A stretch of DNA of 64,000 nucleotides from positions 60,698,001 through 60,762,000 of the forward strand of contig CM060733.1 in assembly GCA_030704615.1 (NCBI GenBank). Direction: 5' to 3'. Position numbers and translations under genes: made by a program. Of this stretch, positions 12,687 through 25,371 are shown piece by piece. The notes beneath the pieces were generated by a model. It saw only the letters and a list, made by a program, of their open reading frames with translations, had not been told where the DNA came from and ran no database searches. The stretch is from Takakia lepidozioides. Taxonomy: Eukaryota; Plantae; Bryophyta. The first letter of the stretch is position 1; every line of letters starts with the position of its first letter.

Positions 12687-15600
12687 TTACAGTCTAGGAT
12701 CAGCAAACCTTTGTGAGCGAGCACCCTTCTGTCGGTGAGAGTCCCTTGGAGGGCTCTGTGTGCGAGCCCAAGCCCTGTCACTGGCTGATGAAGGCGATTG
12801 AGCACCAAATGGAAATGTCTGACCCTCATGTGGTTGATAATGAGGTAACATCTCAGGCATAAGAGATCCCCGTCGTTTCTTCTCTGCCATCTGTAGTGCA
12901 TAGTCCTCCGCCATGTCAAAAGGTTCATCTATAGAACCAGTAGTATCAGAATCATCTTCCCCCCTGAGGTGTTTCGGTGGCCGAACTTTAAGTGGCTTCT
13001 CCGGAATTTTGCGTGGCATACAGTGTTGGCCCACCATGTCTGGAAGCTTAAACTGTACGACTTGCATTAGTCGCTTGCAAGCAAAATGACTGTACTCCCC
13101 GAATTCCTTGTCCGTATAAGTGAGAGGTGTGTCAATGACTTTGGAACATTGTAAGTATTTCCAGGCCTCATGTCCCTTATAAAAAATATCGTCAGGGCCC
13201 AATTTTTCCTTGGTCAAGTTGGTCCAAGCCAAATTAAACCATGAACGAAGTTGAAAATCCTTCTGCAACATGACTTTCGCATCATATAGATACATATGAG
13301 GTGGAACTGAAGGTAAGACCCAATGATCCCCAGTGGAATAACTCAAAAATCTTGACTACATCTTCTGCTGCTCAATGTGATAACGTGCAATGAAACAAGC
13401 AGCATAGTATAATCCACAACCCATAACCAAACTAAATATCTCATTGATCTTGGTGTAGATGTACCCATGAACAACCTGGAAGGCAATTAATTCCTTCAGC
13501 ATGGTGCCTGCCTCAGACCAGTACCGTGCAAAATGATGATCCTCAATGGATCGATTGTTCGGAAGAACCTTAGTCCGAGTTGCCACTGGCAACCAAATGC
13601 GCATGATCTGGTAATAATGTGCCAAAGACTGTGGAGGACTGAATTCCTTCCAAGCCAAATCCATCACAATGGGAATTTGGTTGAAGGGCTTAATCATAGC
13701 CCGATTGTACTCAAGTGCAGCAGAAGTCCTAGGTGGGTTAAAAGTAGCATCCCCCCAAACCTCAGATTGTGGCATTGCCATGGTATCAACAGTGTCAGCC
13801 ACCTGCACAGCCTCCTTCTGTGGGGGCTGTAATATTGCCGCCATTGTCCCTCCTATTGTTGGCAACTCCTGCACCTCCTGTGATGAGGACTGAAAAATCA
13901 GAGTCATGGCATGCAAATAAGTAGCCACCAGCTGCTCCTCAGGAACAAAGACTCTTTTGTCAATGTTGGAACTCAAGTCATCCACTTGAGTCTGCAGCCC
14001 TTCCACATCATCATGTAACTCCGCTATTCTACTATAGACATTGTCTATAGTAGTTGTGACAATGTTCTGCACCTACAACCTGAGATCATTCATCTTCCCC
14101 TGGGTGAGCTTTCTTGGTGTCTTCTCTTCCACCGCCCCTTGTGTTAACCATACTTGCATAAGATGATTATCCACCCAAGTCCTGTGTAGCACCGCTGAGA
14201 GTCTGCTCCTCCTTGAGTCTGTACATATCTAACTGCTGCTGTAAAGCCTGCATGCGCTTCGCATGAGGTTCAACCAGGGCCGCATAGGTAGCAGTCACAT
14301 TATTGGCTTTCTTCCAAACCTTGTTAGCCACAAAGAGTTCATTCTTTTGGCCCGTGAGTGTTTGCTGCAACTTCAGGATGTACCTTTCCTTCTCAGCCTC
14401 AACCTGACTGTACTGTTGGAAATTATCCTCATTGTGATGGATAGTAGCCTTCAAATCAGCAATGAGTTTCTCTTGCTCTACTGTCTCAGCCTCCGCTATC
14501 ATACACCTCTCTGCTTGTCTGTTAACTTCTAATGCAGTTTGCTCCAGAGCAGTTGTTAGTGTGGCACATTGGATGGTCATTTTCTGATGAACTACCTCCA
14601 ACTCTGTATAGAGCACCTTCACTTCCTGCAATTTGCCCTCATGCTTCACCTGCAACTGGTATAGTTGTTGCTTATGTATTTCATGCAACTTCTCATGCTC
14701 CAGATCCGCTTCAATCAGATTCCCCTATGCTAGCTGCAGGGCAGCCTTCATGTCCTCCAACTCTTTCTGCAACTTGAGGTTGGCCTCCCAATCCATCTTG
14801 TTTGCACACTCAATGGCAATTCTAGCCTCAAACTCCTGCTTGAGTTCCTCCCTCAAAGTTGTCAATTGTGTGGATGGAATATGGGATTTCACATAAGTGC
14901 CCAACAAATTGAGTGTCCTATTTATGGAACTCATAAGCATGGCCTGATGTAGGTCTTCATGGGAAACTTGTTGATGGTCCCCCTGATTCTCCATAGTGTG
15001 ATGTTTCACCAACCATTCAGGCCATGATCCCACAAGATCTTCTTCCTGAACAACCTCATTCTCCACAGGTGTTGCAGTGCCCTTAATTTCTACCCCTGGA
15101 ACCTCCTCCACAGGTTCGGGCATCACATGCATAGCAGGGATTTCCTTGGTCAAACTGTGCATCTTTGGCACTATTGGTTCTCTGACCAAGTCAGAGTTTT
15201 TATAGAGAAGGTCACCCTTCTCAATTTCTGCCACTACCTGCTCTGTAGTGGGGATGTCCAACCCTTCTCCTTCCACAGCAATAGGCTCGGGTGTAACAAC
15301 ATGTACTAATTGAGTGACCTCTGGAACAACTGAGTCAACTGGCTGTGGTGGCTGTGGTACTGAGGTGACTTCTTCCTCCATCTCCAAAGACCGTGCCTCC
15401 AGCAATAACAACCCCCCGTGCTGGTGTTCCTCATCTTGCACAAGAGCTATGGAAACATCATCTTGCGGTTTCCTTGAAGCTAGTGGATCTGCCAATATCA
15501 TTGTATCCCGCTTCTGCCTCTTGGACTGATGCTGCCCCTCCAATCCTCCTTCACCGTGTGAAGAGCCCTGCTCCTCAATTGCAGTGGTTGCTGTCTCAAA

Positions 15601-16470
15601 CATTCCCATCTCCTTGCGTTCACGCACATCAAGCAAATAAGAGTCAAGAATAATTTGAGCAATTATTGGGCCAGACACAATGATCGGAGACTTAGCAGCA
15701 GTGCCCTGTAACCGCTTCATCTCCTCCACCAGACCATTGTACATCAACTCCGCCCAAGCCACATCCTCTCCCCTCAAGGCTTTCAGTATCTCCTCCGTGA
15801 ATGATCTGCTAAGGTACTGTTGGTTCTACTTCATGGCAAACAGAACGTTCAGTATTTGGCCAACTTCCCTTAACCTTGGGTACTCGACCTTGGTGCAGGT
15901 GTATCCTTGAGTCTTAAAGAAACTCGCTTCTTGGAACAAATTCCCTATTTGCAATCTTGCCCTGTATTCATCCACATTCACATGCCCAGATGGCAATTCA
16001 AACAGTTGTTGCAAGTACTGGGGAGTAATATCTATATCTACTCCCCTCACCTGTGTAACTCCTGTCCAGGGCTCAAAGTTCTGAATGAATTGGATCATGT
16101 ACTTTCGATGATGCAAGGACCATTCCTTGCGTAGCAGCCCTTCCAATTGCAACTCCTTCAGCAGTTGCACTGCCTGTGGTGTAGCAATTGTTTGCTTCTG
16201 CTGAATCGTGGTGCTCTTCACCATGATATCCTCCATTTCCCTAATTCTCTTCATCCCAGACAAACAAGAAGGCCTTGTTTGGAATAGCTGTAGGAAAGCT
16301 TGCAGGGCAAGGAGCATAAAGGTATGGTTGGCACAAAAAAAAACGGGTAAGTGCGTGTAAGCCTGTGGGGCTTGCAGATAGTGGGTGAGAGAAAATGTCA
16401 TTTCAACTCGTCCGTCCTTACGCCACTGCGTGAGAAGTAAAGCTAGCGTATAGTCTGTAATATCCGCCAT
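12687..16470 (-). pseudogene. Large accessory ORF (~1250 codons, broken) of an Athila/Tat-like LTR element: plant-transposon-protein-like N-terminal domain, acidic linker, coiled coil
   Basis: Collinear minus ORFs 15826-16470, 14725-15777, 14167-14688, 13356-14072 and 12687-13346 are separated by single stops or frameshifts. FIQNF...VRGVDIDITPQYLQQLFELP...RGEDVAWAELMY resembles LTR-element extra-ORF domains. The ORF ends just upstream of the PPT. Confidence 0.65.
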
Positions 16471-17914
16471 AGCTACAAAGCTATAGCTTTGATTGCTCCT
16501 CCCGTCAAGACGCTAGTTATTCGGAGCCACCCCGACTCCTCCGCTCATAACTCTTCTAATTTCTTGTTCTTGATTCTTGGAGGGAACCACCTGCATGAAA
16601 TTCTCGCTCCTGATTGACTGTTGCCTCCTCGGGTAACTTCTTAATTTTACCCCCATCTGCTCACATTCCCACCTGGAATGTCCACTAGGACAGCACATGT
16701 GGCAAAGATCCCCCTTTGCTGTACGTGTAAAGGGTTCCGTTACCTGTTTCCTGGATGCATTAATGGGCCCGCAATTAATTTCGGCTGCTGTACCGGGTAG
16801 GTACTTCGACGGCCCAGTTTGTCTTTTTGCATGATGATACCCGCTATTGCAGTTCATGCAATGCGGAGCACTTTGCCCCTTAGGCCACGTACTCGAATTC
16901 AAACAATTTTTCATCGCCCTATGTCCGCGTGGCTTTTTCTCCGAGTTTGACTTCCAAGCTGACCTTACACTTACCGGCCACTCTTCTGACGTTAACCCGT
17001 GTCCACCTGTCACTGATCCTATGGACTGTGCAACCCGTGTGGGCTGTGTTAGGCTGTGACAGCCTGTGTCAAACTATGACGAGCTGTGATAGGCTGTGTG
17101 ATGCTGTGATGGGCTGTGATAACTGTGCAAACACCCGTGTTCTATGCTCAGGCCATACACATTCGGCTTTACGACAAGTACCTCATGCTCCGTTGGTATT
17201 ACCGATGTCACTGCTCCATGAAAGTCCATGACCAAAAAATTGATGATACTATCCAAAATATTTTCTTAGTGATAGATAATCGTATACTGAACATATTTAG
17301 TAAAGAGTTCTACCCCAAATATTAAAGATATAATTCATTAAACATTTTAGTTTATTATTTAGAAAATTATGAAAAACTAAAAATTAGAGTTTACAAAATA
17401 AATTCAATATGCCACCTAGCCATTGAAGATTATAGGTTTTTATACTTCTAGAAAAAAAATGACACCCAAAATCCAAAAAACAAGATGAGCTATGGACTTT
17501 TCAAAAAACGCCTATTTGTTTTACATATATTAGTCCATATGAGTCAAATGACAAATGATTTTGCCACTTCAAATCCATACCTATGATGTGGACCAAAATG
17601 GCCACCTTAAGTCCAAATTTCAATGGAATTCACCAATGGCACATATGAGAACTTGAGTCCATTGTAATTCCATTCACTGCGGTAACAGTCCACAATGACG
17701 GTGTTCAAAAGTCCATAGCAGAGTCATTTCTTATCGGATTCATGATTGGAGAGTTGCTATGGGTGCGTATTGAAGCTAAGAATCCAATGACATATATATT
17801 TTCTGGTTTTAATGAGTTAATTCAAATTCAATTGATGACACCATCAATTGCAGTCATCTAAAACTGTGTCGGTAACGTCCATTTTGGTCCAGTCAACCCT
17901 GCATTCACCCAATG

Positions 17915-18440
17915 ACGTCGCAAACATGCGACGTATGGGGGTTGCGAGCCCCCGCCCCAACTCCCGTGACTGCCGGACGTCGATTTTTCAGGCCGTCCGC
18001 GCCGATGGCAGGGGCTTCTTCGAGCGACGTCTCGCCGTCGCGGCCCTCCAGCCGACGGCGTTGGTGGGGGCGCCGGCGCGGCATCGCATCCCTTTTTTTT
18101 TCTAACCTGCCCGGGAGTCCCATCCTAAAACCCAAAAACACGTGGCGTAAGCCGGGTGATACGCCAAGCAACGCCCGTGCGTCGCTGCAAGCGACTATTG
18201 GGCGTGGCAAAAAACAGCAGGAGCAGGAGTCGGTCTCCGCCACGCCCGAGCGTGGGTTGTTGCGACGCTTCGGTGTTGCTTTTGTTTTGAATTTAATATA
18301 TATAAAAGACGTGGCGCAGGCAGGGTGGCGGTCTCCGCGACGCCAGGGCGTCGCGGCTTGCGACCCCCGGACTAAAAAACACGTCGCAGGGGGTGGCGTG
18401 CTGCAGTCGCGAGGGCAGCCTGGTGGGGGGGTTGGGGGTT
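17915..18440. repeat. GC-rich CACTA-type subterminal repeat region lacking its own CACTA terminus
   Basis: Clustered gcgacg/cgtcgc inverted motifs. gtcgcaaacatgcgacgtatgggggttg resembles 7061-7088 and the 38960-39500 region. Confidence 0.65.
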
Positions 18441-18678
18441 GATTTTGGGGGTGAATTGGGGGTGGTTTTTTGTTTTTTGCCTGGTTTTGTATTTGGGGAT
18501 GGGAGACCTTACAGTTCATTTTCTCTGATTTAGCAGGTACACAATTGAGCAAGCATGAATCGAGGGTGAGGACGGTGCGACACATGAATAAGATGGAAGA
18601 TGGAAAGATGGAAATATTTTTACAGGAAATGAACTGAAAAGCTCTCAAGGGTTCAGTAGGCTGACCCTGGGACTAGGA

Positions 18679-20850
18679 CTAGTCATCCTCATCCTCATCC
18701 TCAGTGGAGGACTCAGAGCTATCCGATGAGCCTGATGACTCCGCGCCCTTTGCCAAAGCACGTAAATGAGGCGGCGTTCCCCTAAGTCCCATAGAGCTCT
18801 CATCCAATCCCTGGCCATGACCCTCAACCTCATCCATACTAGTGCCCTGTAGTGCATTCATCCCCTCTGTGTTGGCCATGTTCTTCATGAGGGATTGCCA
18901 ACCATGCTCCTTGGCGTAGTTGTACTCTACCGGAGATGGACTCCTCTTAAACGCGCGTAGCTACACATGCCACAAATTAAAGTTAGTTCTTCGCGATGAT
19001 GGAGCCAAAAAGAAGACATAATAAAATCCATAGGGAAGTACGACTTACAAATCGCAAGATAAAACCCTTGGATCCGCCGGTGCCCCACTTGTGTGTGGAT
19101 TCGTGCTTATCAAGGCGGACTGTTGTTGCTTCGCATGCCCGGTCAAATTTGGCCTTGTTTGCGGCATCAGTCTCTCCCGCAATGAGTGCATCCCACGATA
19201 CCTATGCACCCCTCCCCCCAACAATTAGTGAATTACACACATACGTTGCATCGAATCCACCTCATTAATGCACATGCAACAAATGGAAGGTGACATGATT
19301 CAAGATTTGCCAACCTGTGTAATTCCATAAGGTGGTTTGGGTATGGCCCCCTTTTCCGTTGCCCTCCGAATGATCTGTCTGGCACGGTACCTCCTGTCCT
19401 TCAAGTTTCGCCCCACCATCTCCATCACCCTTGTGTCACTCCAATTGCCTGGAAACCGGCGGTCTAACTCACGGGCATACGCCCGCTTTGCGCCAAAGTG
19501 CTGATCAGCCCACTCGATGTGCAAAGGGAACCACCTCAATGCGAGTTCGAAGGTTGGCTTCTTCATAGCCTCCCAGAACGCACCGCAGGGGTCACCATGG
19601 CGATTCAGCTCCACCGGTGGCACCACGATCTTTGCCAACTCCACGTCCTGTATCGCCAAGGCCATCCCACCCTCTCCCTTCTTTGTAGCCTCCTTCCCCT
19701 GCTCCTTTGTTACCCCATTGCCCTCCCCCGCATGCACACTCACCCCTTCCTCTCCATGGGACTTCTTTTTCTTCTTCTTCTTTTCCTTCCCATTCTCCAC
19801 GACCATCTCCTTTCCCTTCCCCACTACTTCCTCTCTCTCCTTCTCCCTCTCCCTTCTCTCTCTCTCTCCTCGGCATCCCCTTCATTGATGGTAAAAGAGA
19901 TCTCGGGAGATCGAGGCCTCTTCTTCTTACCTTTGGTGTTCAGGTCCTTCATGAACACCACGTGCTCTCCCTCATTGGCAACCCCACGGGACTGCACCAA
20001 TGAGGCCAGCCATGTTGCTGCCTCCTGAAGACAAATAACCCCTCCAAATTCAAAAAAAGAAACAAACAACAAAGAAAATCATGATGCAAAGGAAAGGATA
20101 AATCATGGAACAAGGTGCGACAGCTGTACCTTTGCAAGCTGTCCAACTCGCCCCTGGTGTCACCCGATGTGGGAGGAGTCCCCGTTTCCGGATGTGCCCG
20201 CTCTATCCCCTCCCGGAGCGCCACTAGAAGTAGATTGCAGATGTGGATCATAGCCGGCGGCGGCGGCGGCGCCCCGTAGTCCAGGCCCTTCTTTGCTGAC
20301 CGCTCAGGCTCAGGGGGCGGTGTCGCTGATCGGCTAGGCTGCTCCGAACCGGCCCATACCTCCTCCTCTCCCCCCCCCCCCCCAAATGCGTATCAGGGTA
20401 GAAGCCCTCACCTGGCTTGACTTCTTCGAGGCGCTTCGCTATCTTGGCCACTTCATTGGCCCTCCTCGTCTCCTCCTCCCTCATCGACAACAATGGGCTG
20501 GCAATGGAGGCATTCAAAGGCCCTTGAACTTGACGTTGGGCCTTGGCAAGTGCAGCCTTTGCTGCGGAGGAAGGGGTCGCTTTGGGGGTGACATCCCAAA
20601 GGTGCCCATACCGGGCCCCCGAACGGGTGATGTGCTTGCCAAGGTACATTTCACCCGTCTTGGTGGCCGGGGTGAGGGGGGGGTACTGGCCTCGGGGGCA
20701 GACGAGCCGTCCGGCTGTGGCTGTCGACAAGGCTGGTTAGCCGTGAGACGCCCTGGCGAGTCACACGTGCCGGCAGAGCAAACGGATTGTCCGCCCCTTT
20801 CTTTGGGGCACGGGACTTCTTCTCTTTCCCCATAAGCTGGCACCTGTCAT
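18679..20850 (-). CDS. CACTA TnpA-like accessory protein, multi-exon, probably degenerate
   Basis: Exon 19316-20025 (ELNRHGDPCG...WADQHFGAKRAYARELDRRF...GRNLKDRRYRAR...PPYGITQ) splices to SWDALIAG...THKWGTGG (~19050-19201). Acidic C-terminus. Lies inside the CACTA element next to subterminal repeats. Confidence 0.6.
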
Positions 20851-20979
20851 GCAAACCCACAAGTTGGCCTCATTAGGAACATTCCAGATCTAAAACAAAA
20901 AAAACCAAGCATGTCAGGGGCTGAGAGCAGCAAGTGCTCGGGGTCTCGAGAGGGGGCAACAAAGAGAAAAGAAAAAGGT

Positions 20980-21051
20980 GGGGGGGGGGGAGTGACTGAG
21001 CACCACCACCAGCTGCTGAGCACCACGGGCTCAGTCACTCCCCCCCCCCCC
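20980..21051. repeat. Inverted repeat / foldback (22-bp arms, 27-nt loop)
   Basis: G11-AGTGACTGAGC ... GCTCAGTCACT-C12, flanked by an A-rich arm on the left and a T-rich arm on the right. Confidence 0.85.
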
Positions 21052-21137
21052 ATTTTTTTTTTTTTGGTTTCCTGATCTCTCCCTCTCTTTGTCCCTCTCT
21101 CTCCCTCTGTTGTTGGTGGATCTACCCACTCAATGTA

Positions 21138-21563
21138 GTGGAGATCAAACCTGAGTTACTACGCACTAAAACCGATTCCCAATACGTGGGGTTGGAAGCT
21201 TGTTTCATGAATATCCAGATTACAGTCTCAAACAGTGACACAGGTGAGTTCCATTTCCAGAAATATGACAAGAGAAGACTACTCCCTTTCTCTTACACTC
21301 AATATATCCAGTTCTTATCCAATAGGCCTGTGAATCAATCTTATAACATTGTGATTTCACAAGCTGTGCCTATTCTATACATTTCCAGCAATGCTGATTT
21401 GGCTGGGAAGGAGTGTAGCATTCTGATTAACACTCTTGGGAGGAATGGTTTCAAGACCAGAAAACTTGCTCGTATCTTGACAAAATTCCTTGAACGTGGT
21501 TCATTCCCTGGCCTGTTCTTCCCTGTACAAGAGCTTATTGAGAAACTGAAAGGTACTTTCTAA
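21138..21563 (+). mobile_element. 5'-truncated Penelope-like retroelement fragment (RT thumb / C-terminal region)
   Basis: FMNIQI...FQKYDKRRLLPF...FLSNRP...YNIVISQ...LINTLGRNGF matches the YDKR-type PLE RT thumb. The ORF stops without a C-terminal GIY-YIG. Confidence 0.65.
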
Positions 21564-24543
21564 GAACTTATCCAGAGCTAAGTTATACCATTGAACTCTC
21601 CAATCTTTTCTAGTGATACTATACTAGTTTTGCTATGATACATTTTATGCCAACGTTTCATTCTTGATCCAAGGAAGTGAGGATGTAGGATTCTACTCCT
21701 TTGGATAATATAATATGAGGATAGAACTACATGAAAGAGGGAAAAACTTATGAGAAGAGGTCTGGTATGCACTCCCTTACGGGGTGAGTGCATACCACAC
21801 TCACTCCGTAAGGTTCTGCCATGCCAAGGGATTGGCTGGTGGGTCCCTCTCTCTCCCTCTCTCCTTCTCCCTCTATAACTCTTTGGATTTCATCTGGCCT
21901 TAACCTTTTGAGGTTATTTAGTTTTTCATCCCAACCTTTTTCATCCAAATCTGGATGATATTATTATAGGATGATGAAACTTAATGTACAGAAAGCTTGG
22001 TTTACCATCTATTTCTTTCATCTAAACTGGATGAACTACATGAATAATGGTTACCTATTTTAAAATCCAAAAGAATAATAAAACTACCATCATAAATGAT
22101 GGCAGTTATTAAACCTAAGCCTATACCATAACCCTAAAAGATACATTTTTATTGGATGTCATCCATTGACAAAGTGCTTCTCTTGATAAAATGTGATTTT
22201 TCATCCACCCTGGATGAGAAATCGGGAAGTTGTGCCCTAAGCAGGCCGACACATTTCACAGCACTGAACTCGTGCTTCAGTGAACCTTGATGATGCGCCG
22301 TGTAAACCTGCTCCCCTGCTGCTACATGGTACTCGTGATGGCTGGCTCTTGGGATGCGCATTGGCGGTTTGACAGATTCCTCTCTGGCAGACGACAACGC
22401 GATGATCGCTTTGCTCAGAAACTCATGGTTCTTTATTTTGCAGCGACGCTTTTACTCCTCATTGGGAAGTACTCTATCCCTATTTATCTACAGATTACAT
22501 GTTGCTCTCTTTTTGTATGAGCCATTCTCTATCTGTGAATGCTTCTACTTTGATTGCGTTCTGTTGGAGACGATCTGTTGGACGCCATGGCGCAGGGCAT
22601 ACCACAAACACTCAAGGTTTTTTGAGTTTACCCTTGCTTGAATTGTGATCTGTACATGCTTTAGAATTCAACACTGACATGGATAGCAACTGTGAAGACC
22701 TGCCACTCACCTGCTGCATCCTCACTAACACACATCGCTATGTGGTGGTTTTTGGGACGGGCACAGGTGAGGGTCTTCACTTGTCTTGATTTCTTGAAGC
22801 TTGCAGCTCCTGTTCTTGCAAATGTGGATACTGCTACTGCCTAAGCTGCTGATGCCATTTGCTGTTTCAAACTGCCACCATGCTGCTTCAGACCTGCTCC
22901 AAGATGGCTCCAATGAGGATCTGCTTCTCTCCTTACCCCTGTTTTTGGTTTTTTACAACCACATTTGCATGTGTAGGAGTTAAGCTATGAAGGGTACAAG
23001 GGTACAAAATAGCAATTATTACTCTGACTGCTCTGATACTTGGCTCTGAAATGAAACTTCTTGGTATGACTTTGATGGATCAAAAGGATAGGCTCTGATA
23101 GATAACACACATTCTTCAAGGCCCTCATATCATTTTGGTTTCATGGCTTGATAATAAACAGGGTTCTGATCTGCTCTTTCACCTTGGCAGAACTATTTTA
23201 TGAGGCCTTAAAATACCATTCTAGGCCTATACCTGCTTAAGGGGGCTCAACCCTGTTGTTTCTTCTTCCTTTTTAAGAATCTTGCTTGTATCTTGGTTCT
23301 GAAACATCAACTTCAAACCAGTACTGTTTCTTAGGGAAGTGAAATGATCAAGACCTGGATTTTGTTTGCCTTGGCCCGTTAAAGACTCTCAATTTAAAGG
23401 CCTGGCTGCAGGCAGGGTTCTTCTGAGTTTCTTTGTTAACTCAGATCTTTGGAGGTTCTAGAATACCACTCAAGACCTAGATCTGTTTTGGAACACTCAA
23501 CCTTGCATAGGTTTCATGTTTGTGGTTTGGCATTGATACATCACCAAACTAGCTTTGGAACGAAACCTCTCAGCTTGACTCTGTTGTGTCAAACAGGTAC
23601 GCCTTGTTTAGGGAACACACACACTCATTAAGGCTCTCATAGCAGTCTGAATTTGAGGGCTGATAGCAGGCAAATTTGAGATAATTTGCCTTGCTTCTGT
23701 TTTATGATTCCTGCTTGTGACACGACACTGAAACGTCACCTTCAGGCCAGCAATAGCCTCTAGGGAGAAGACTTGTTCAAAACCTGGATGTTGGCATGCA
23801 GCCTCATGATATATACCATGTCTTTAACCATGCCAATAGGGCAAGAGGAAACATGATGTAAACCAGCAAATGCTTAAGGCATATTTGTTTGAATGTTTCA
23901 AACTCAACTTGAATTGTTTTTTAGCATGAGTCTTGGGGACTGTCCCAAGACCTGCAATCTGGTTTTCACAACTTGTTTTGCTAAGGTGTTGTGTCTACTT
24001 GCAAATACTTAAGGCATGAATGGCTGGCTGTTTCAACTTGAAGTGCTATGAGCTTGATTCTGGGAAATATCCCCAAACCTGCAATCTGGTTTTTGAAATG
24101 AGTTTGAAATGAGGTTTTGAAATGATGGTGCAAACTATGGTGCTTTCATGATATGATTGACTTGGAATCCCACCCTCCCACCCTGTTTTTTCAGAGACCC
24201 TGAAATGTAATGGGGTATTCAAATGAGATTGTAAACATGAAAGGGAATGTTAGATGGTGCCCTGTAAAGGGCTGTTTTGTCTTTCAATGACAATGACCTT
24301 AGCGGTCTTGTCCATGTCTTGACATGACATGTATATCTTCCCTCTCTTTATCTGATCAGTGTACTTAGTGGTTTTTGTACACACCATCTACCCTTACCCT
24401 TCTCCTTTTCACCTTCTCATTTTGATATATTGACAAACGTTCTCGGGGGGCCTTGACAGAAAGTCACCAAAGGAGGTCCTAGCTGGAATGAGGACCTCAT
24501 AGCCCTGGGGTATCAGTCCCCACTACCTCCTCCAATTCCTGTT

Positions 24544-25371
24544 GTGCAGGCAACCCTCGCACAAATCACACCAAGTGACTTCCATGCTGCATTGCAAAAG
24601 ATGGATACTGAGGCCTTGGAAAATTCAGGTGATGAAAACCCCGTGTTACTACTTGAAACCTTGGCTTTGGAAAATTGGGTTGCACTTGGCATCATGGCAA
24701 ATAAGAATGGCAGGTACCTGGAGAAGCTCCAGGAATTCAATACTAAAATGATTGAGGTACTGGAAGATGATGCCGAGGAGCTGATACAATGGGAAAAGAA
24801 GGGATCAGCCATTGAGGCAGCTCTTAGAATGGCAAACCCAGAAGATGACCAGACTGTCTCTACGCAGAAATCTGCAAACACATCTGAAAAAGACTTCATC
24901 CCTTCTGTAAGTAATCACCCAATCCTTGGGCACATGATTTTACCGGATGAAGAAAAAGAGGCAGTGAGAGAATTCTGTGAACAAGTAGAAATCTCACAAG
25001 TGGAACAAGAAAGGGCAGCAGGTGCCACTCCTGGAAATCTGCAGTTTGTCCCTTGGTTGCCTCCCCGTGCAGTTGAATTAGAGGTTGCCAATAACGACCA
25101 CATGATGTGGCACCCACATGCTAATATCAACTTATTGGCACCCATTTCTATTGAAATGTGGGTCAAATGGGGCAACATAACTCCTGCTGAACGCAATAGA
25201 TGTGCACATGATGCTAAGGAGGGAACTGATTCAAGTCCTTTACTGTTTGATCTGAGTTCCATATCTCCAGCCACCTTATTTTTGTTTGTGGGTCGACCAT
25301 CGATATGGCCAGCCGGTGCAATTTCTCCTGCTGCATCTCCGGATGCACATGCTTGTCATAGTGTGTTTTGA
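24544..25371 (+). CDS. Orphan acidic, predicted helical protein; converges on and overlaps the ParB-like gene
   Basis: 275-codon open frame with protein-like composition over the first ~225 aa. No motif recognised. Confidence 0.4.
   Translation: MQATLAQITPSDFHAALQKMDTEALENSGDENPVLLLETLALENWVALGIMANKNGRYLEKLQEFNTKMIEVLEDDAEELIQWEKKGSAIEAALRMANPEDDQTVSTQKSANTSEKDFIPSVSNHPILGHMILPDEEKEAVREFCEQVEISQVEQERAAGATPGNLQFVPWLPPRAVELEVANNDHMMWHPHANINLLAPISIEMWVKWGNITPAERNRCAHDAKEGTDSSPLLFDLSSISPATLFLFVGRPSIWPAGAISPAASPDAHACHSVF

Noticed and set aside
17905-18648. Long overlapping ORFs in GC-rich regions (also 38922-39521 and 41591-41960)
   Set aside because: Stop-poor CACTA subterminal repeats; the translations are low-complexity.
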